Shown here piece after piece: positions 61,926-64,000 of a stretch of 64,000 nucleotides of DNA. Numbering within the stretch: the first letter of the stretch is position 1; every line of letters starts with the position of its first letter. Source of the stretch: Verrucomicrobiia bacterium. Its GTDB lineage: Bacteria > Verrucomicrobiota > Verrucomicrobiia > JADLBR01 > JAIBCM01. The DNA lies in contig JAWLBA010000003.1 in assembly GCA_041395165.1 (NCBI GenBank), positions 9,900 to 73,899 on the forward strand, in the 5' to 3' direction. The translations under genes were made by a program, and so were the position numbers. Under the pieces are notes generated by a model that did no database searches, had not been told where the DNA came from, and saw nothing but the letters and a program-made list of their open reading frames with translations.

Positions 61926-62798
61926 TTACTTTAAAAGTTTCACCAACGTTTCTCCAATCACTGCCGGCGTTGATGCCACGGTAATTCCTGCATCTTGCAA
62001 CGCTTCAATTTTACTCGAAGCCGTCCCCTTTCCTCCAGTAATAATAGCTCCCGCATGCCCCATACGACGCCCCGCAGGAGCAGTTGCTCCAGCAATAAAA
62101 GCTACCACAGGTTTTTTCACTTGCATCTTAATATAAGCTGCGGCTTCTTCCTCGGCAGTTCCACCGATCTCACCAATCATCACAATCGCCTCTGTTCCCG
62201 GATCTTCATTAAAAAGTTTAACCGCTTCGAGATGGCTTGTGCCATTAATGGGATCACCGCCAATACCAATACACGTCGATTGACCATAACCACGCTGCGT
62301 TAACTGCCAAACCGCTTCATACGTTAATGTGCCACTACGCGAAACGACACCAATTTTTCCCGGCTTATGAATGTAGCCGGGCATAATTCCAATTTTGCAA
62401 GCGCCCGGTGTAATAATGCCGGGACAATTCGGACCAATTAACCGACTTTTACTTCCTTGCATGGCTACTTTCACTCGCATCATATCCAAAACCGGAATGC
62501 CTTCCGTAATACAAACAATCAATTCAATACCCGCATCCAACGCCTCCAAAATAGAATCCGCAGCAAATGCCGCAGGCACAAAAATCATCGTGGCATTACA
62601 ACCTGTTTCGCGACGCGCTTCACCAACGGTGTCAAACACAGGAATCGCATCGTCAAATTTTTCTCCACCTCGCCCTGGTGTCACTCCCGCCACCACATTC
62701 GTGCCATAATCTCGACAGCCACGCGCATGGAAAGCGCCCGATTTCCCCGTAATCCCTTGAACTAGCAAGCGAGTATTTTTATCAACTAAAATTGCCAT
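61926..62798 (-). CDS. sucD: Succinyl-CoA synthetase alpha subunit
   Basis: [33 protein letters not shown]; ATG 62798. Confidence 0.97.
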   Translation of the reverse strand: MAILVDKNTRLLVQGITGKSGAFHARGCRDYGTNVVAGVTPGRGGEKFDDAIPVFDTVGEARRETGCNATMIFVPAAFAADSILEALDAGIELIVCITEGIPVLDMMRVKVAMQGSKSRLIGPNCPGIITPGACKIGIMPGYIHKPGKIGVVSRSGTLTYEAVWQLTQRGYGQSTCIGIGGDPINGTSHLEAVKLFNEDPGTEAIVMIGEIGGTAEEEAAAYIKMQVKKPVVAFIAGATAPAGRRMGHAGAIITGGKGTASSKIEALQDAGITVASTPAVIGETLVKLLK

Positions 62799-62799
62799 C

Positions 62800-63993
62800 T
62801 TACTTTCCTCCTCCTGCCGCTTCCACTGCCTTTTGTGCAGCATCAGCCAAATCATTCGCTGCAATAATGGGTAATTGCGAATCTTTTAAAAGCGCTTTGC
62901 CCTTTTCCACATTCGTGCCCTCCAAACGAACTACAAGTGGCACCGAAAGTTTCACATGTTTCACAGCATTAATAATGCCTTGCGCAATGATGTCACACTG
63001 CATAATGCCACCAAAAATATTAACTAAAATCGATTGCACATTTTTATCCGCAATCAAAATTTTAAACGCTTCGGTAACCTGCTCTTCCGTTGCGCCACCA
63101 CCCACATCTAAAAAGTTTGCCGGCTCACCGCCATAAAATTTAATGATATCCATCGTTGCCATCGCCAAACCCGCGCCATTGACCAAACACGCAATGTTTC
63201 CATCCAATCCAATGTAATTCAAACTGTAGCGCGAAGCCTCAACCTCGCGCGGATCCTCCTCTTCCAAATCGCGATAAGCTGCAATTTCGGGATGGCGATA
63301 AAGCGCATTATCATCAAACCCAAACTTAGCATCTAAAACTTTGACCTCTCCTTTTTTCGTAACAACTAAAGGATTAATCTCTACCAAACTACAATCGCAT
63401 TGAATAAAAAGTTTATAAAGATTAGAAAAAAGTTTCGCCGCTAACTTGCTCTGTTCTGCAGTAAGATTAAGCAATTTGATTAATTTCCTGGTCTGATAGG
63501 CCTGCAAACCCAATAAAGGATGAACTTTTTCTCGGAAAATAAGTTCAGGAGTTTTCGCTGCTACTTTTTCGATATCAACACCACCCTGCTCGCTTGCAAC
63601 AATAACAGGACAGTTTTCTGCGCGATCCAATAAAATTGCAAAATAAAGTTCGCGTTGAATCTCTTCCGCTTCAGCGATTAAAATTTTTCTGACCAGTCGA
63701 CCCTCTGCTCCCGTTTGGTGAGTGACCAATACTTGGCCCAACATTTTTTCCGCCACGTCATAGACTTCATCCGGTGTTTTACAAAGATGCACACCCCCTT
63801 TAAACCCATTTTTAAAAGTGCCTTTACCTCTGCCTCCCGCATGGACCTGTGCCTTAACAACATAGGTTGCTTGGTGATTCAAAGATTGAGCAATTTTCTT
63901 AGCCTCGTCAGGGGTCGCTGCAACAGAACCTTGCGGCGTAGCAACTCCAAATTTAACGAGAAGTTCTTTGGCTTGATACTCATGAATATTCAT
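62800..63993 (-). CDS. sucC: Succinyl-CoA synthetase beta subunit
   Basis: [51 protein letters not shown]. Confidence 0.98.
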   Translation of the reverse strand: MNIHEYQAKELLVKFGVATPQGSVAATPDEAKKIAQSLNHQATYVVKAQVHAGGRGKGTFKNGFKGGVHLCKTPDEVYDVAEKMLGQVLVTHQTGAEGRLVRKILIAEAEEIQRELYFAILLDRAENCPVIVASEQGGVDIEKVAAKTPELIFREKVHPLLGLQAYQTRKLIKLLNLTAEQSKLAAKLFSNLYKLFIQCDCSLVEINPLVVTKKGEVKVLDAKFGFDDNALYRHPEIAAYRDLEEEDPREVEASRYSLNYIGLDGNIACLVNGAGLAMATMDIIKFYGGEPANFLDVGGGATEEQVTEAFKILIADKNVQSILVNIFGGIMQCDIIAQGIINAVKHVKLSVPLVVRLEGTNVEKGKALLKDSQLPIIAANDLADAAQKAVEAAGGGK

Positions 63994-64000
63994 CGTCGCC

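Noticed and set aside
967-63863. Many 60-170 aa ORFs antisense or off-frame to confidently identified genes (e.g. 6009..6512, 15191..15697, 25334..25744, 59267..59647, 62792..63136)
   Set aside because: They are shadows of conserved genes, with no motifs or RBS support.
1-64000. CRISPR arrays, IS elements, integrons, rRNA, phage genes
   Set aside because: No regularly spaced repeats, transposase/integrase motifs, rRNA-like sequence or phage hallmark proteins were seen; intergenic regions are short.

Overview
Bacterial chromosomal segment, moderately AT-rich, very likely Verrucomicrobiota (PVC superphylum). The assignment rests on the PVC signature small basic protein at 50866..51018 (missed by the ORF track), a murC-murB fusion, a LysM gene inside the dcw cluster and RNase HIII. 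Content in order: a TPR lipoprotein (runs off the left edge); tRNA-Ala; molybdenum-cofactor genes (modA, moeA, moaC, mogA, later moeB); a GlnA4-type gamma-glutamylation (amine catabolism) cluster; pgm, radC, lpxA, fmt; a full dcw cluster (mraZ to ftsZ, minus strand); a polyprenyl synthetase; oppABC; secG-tpiA-pgk; two tandem secreted paralogs; tRNA-Leu; a pseudouridine synthase; rpsU; a CCA-adding enzyme fused to CHASE2; dUTPase, trxB, csp, EVE, mutY, rnhC; citrate synthase; sucDC. I saw no phage, IS, integron, CRISPR or rRNA. About 15 genes, several of them essential, are interrupted by single-base deletions in short runs or by lone stop codons, densest at 33.4-40.9 kb. This most likely reflects noisy long-read consensus, so fusions and breaks need read-level confirmation. 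Best leads: (1) CCA enzyme-TM-CHASE2-3TM fusion with no other output domain; (2) FtsZ with an intact C-terminal peptide but degenerate GTP-binding and catalytic motifs; (3) NMP-kinase-like/nucleoside-deoxyribosyltransferase-like fusion divergent from an NCS2 permease; (4) tandem secreted proteins sharing a Lys-rich C-terminal domain; (5) a complete GlnA4-type pathway. All family assignments are motif recognition by eye; no searches were run.
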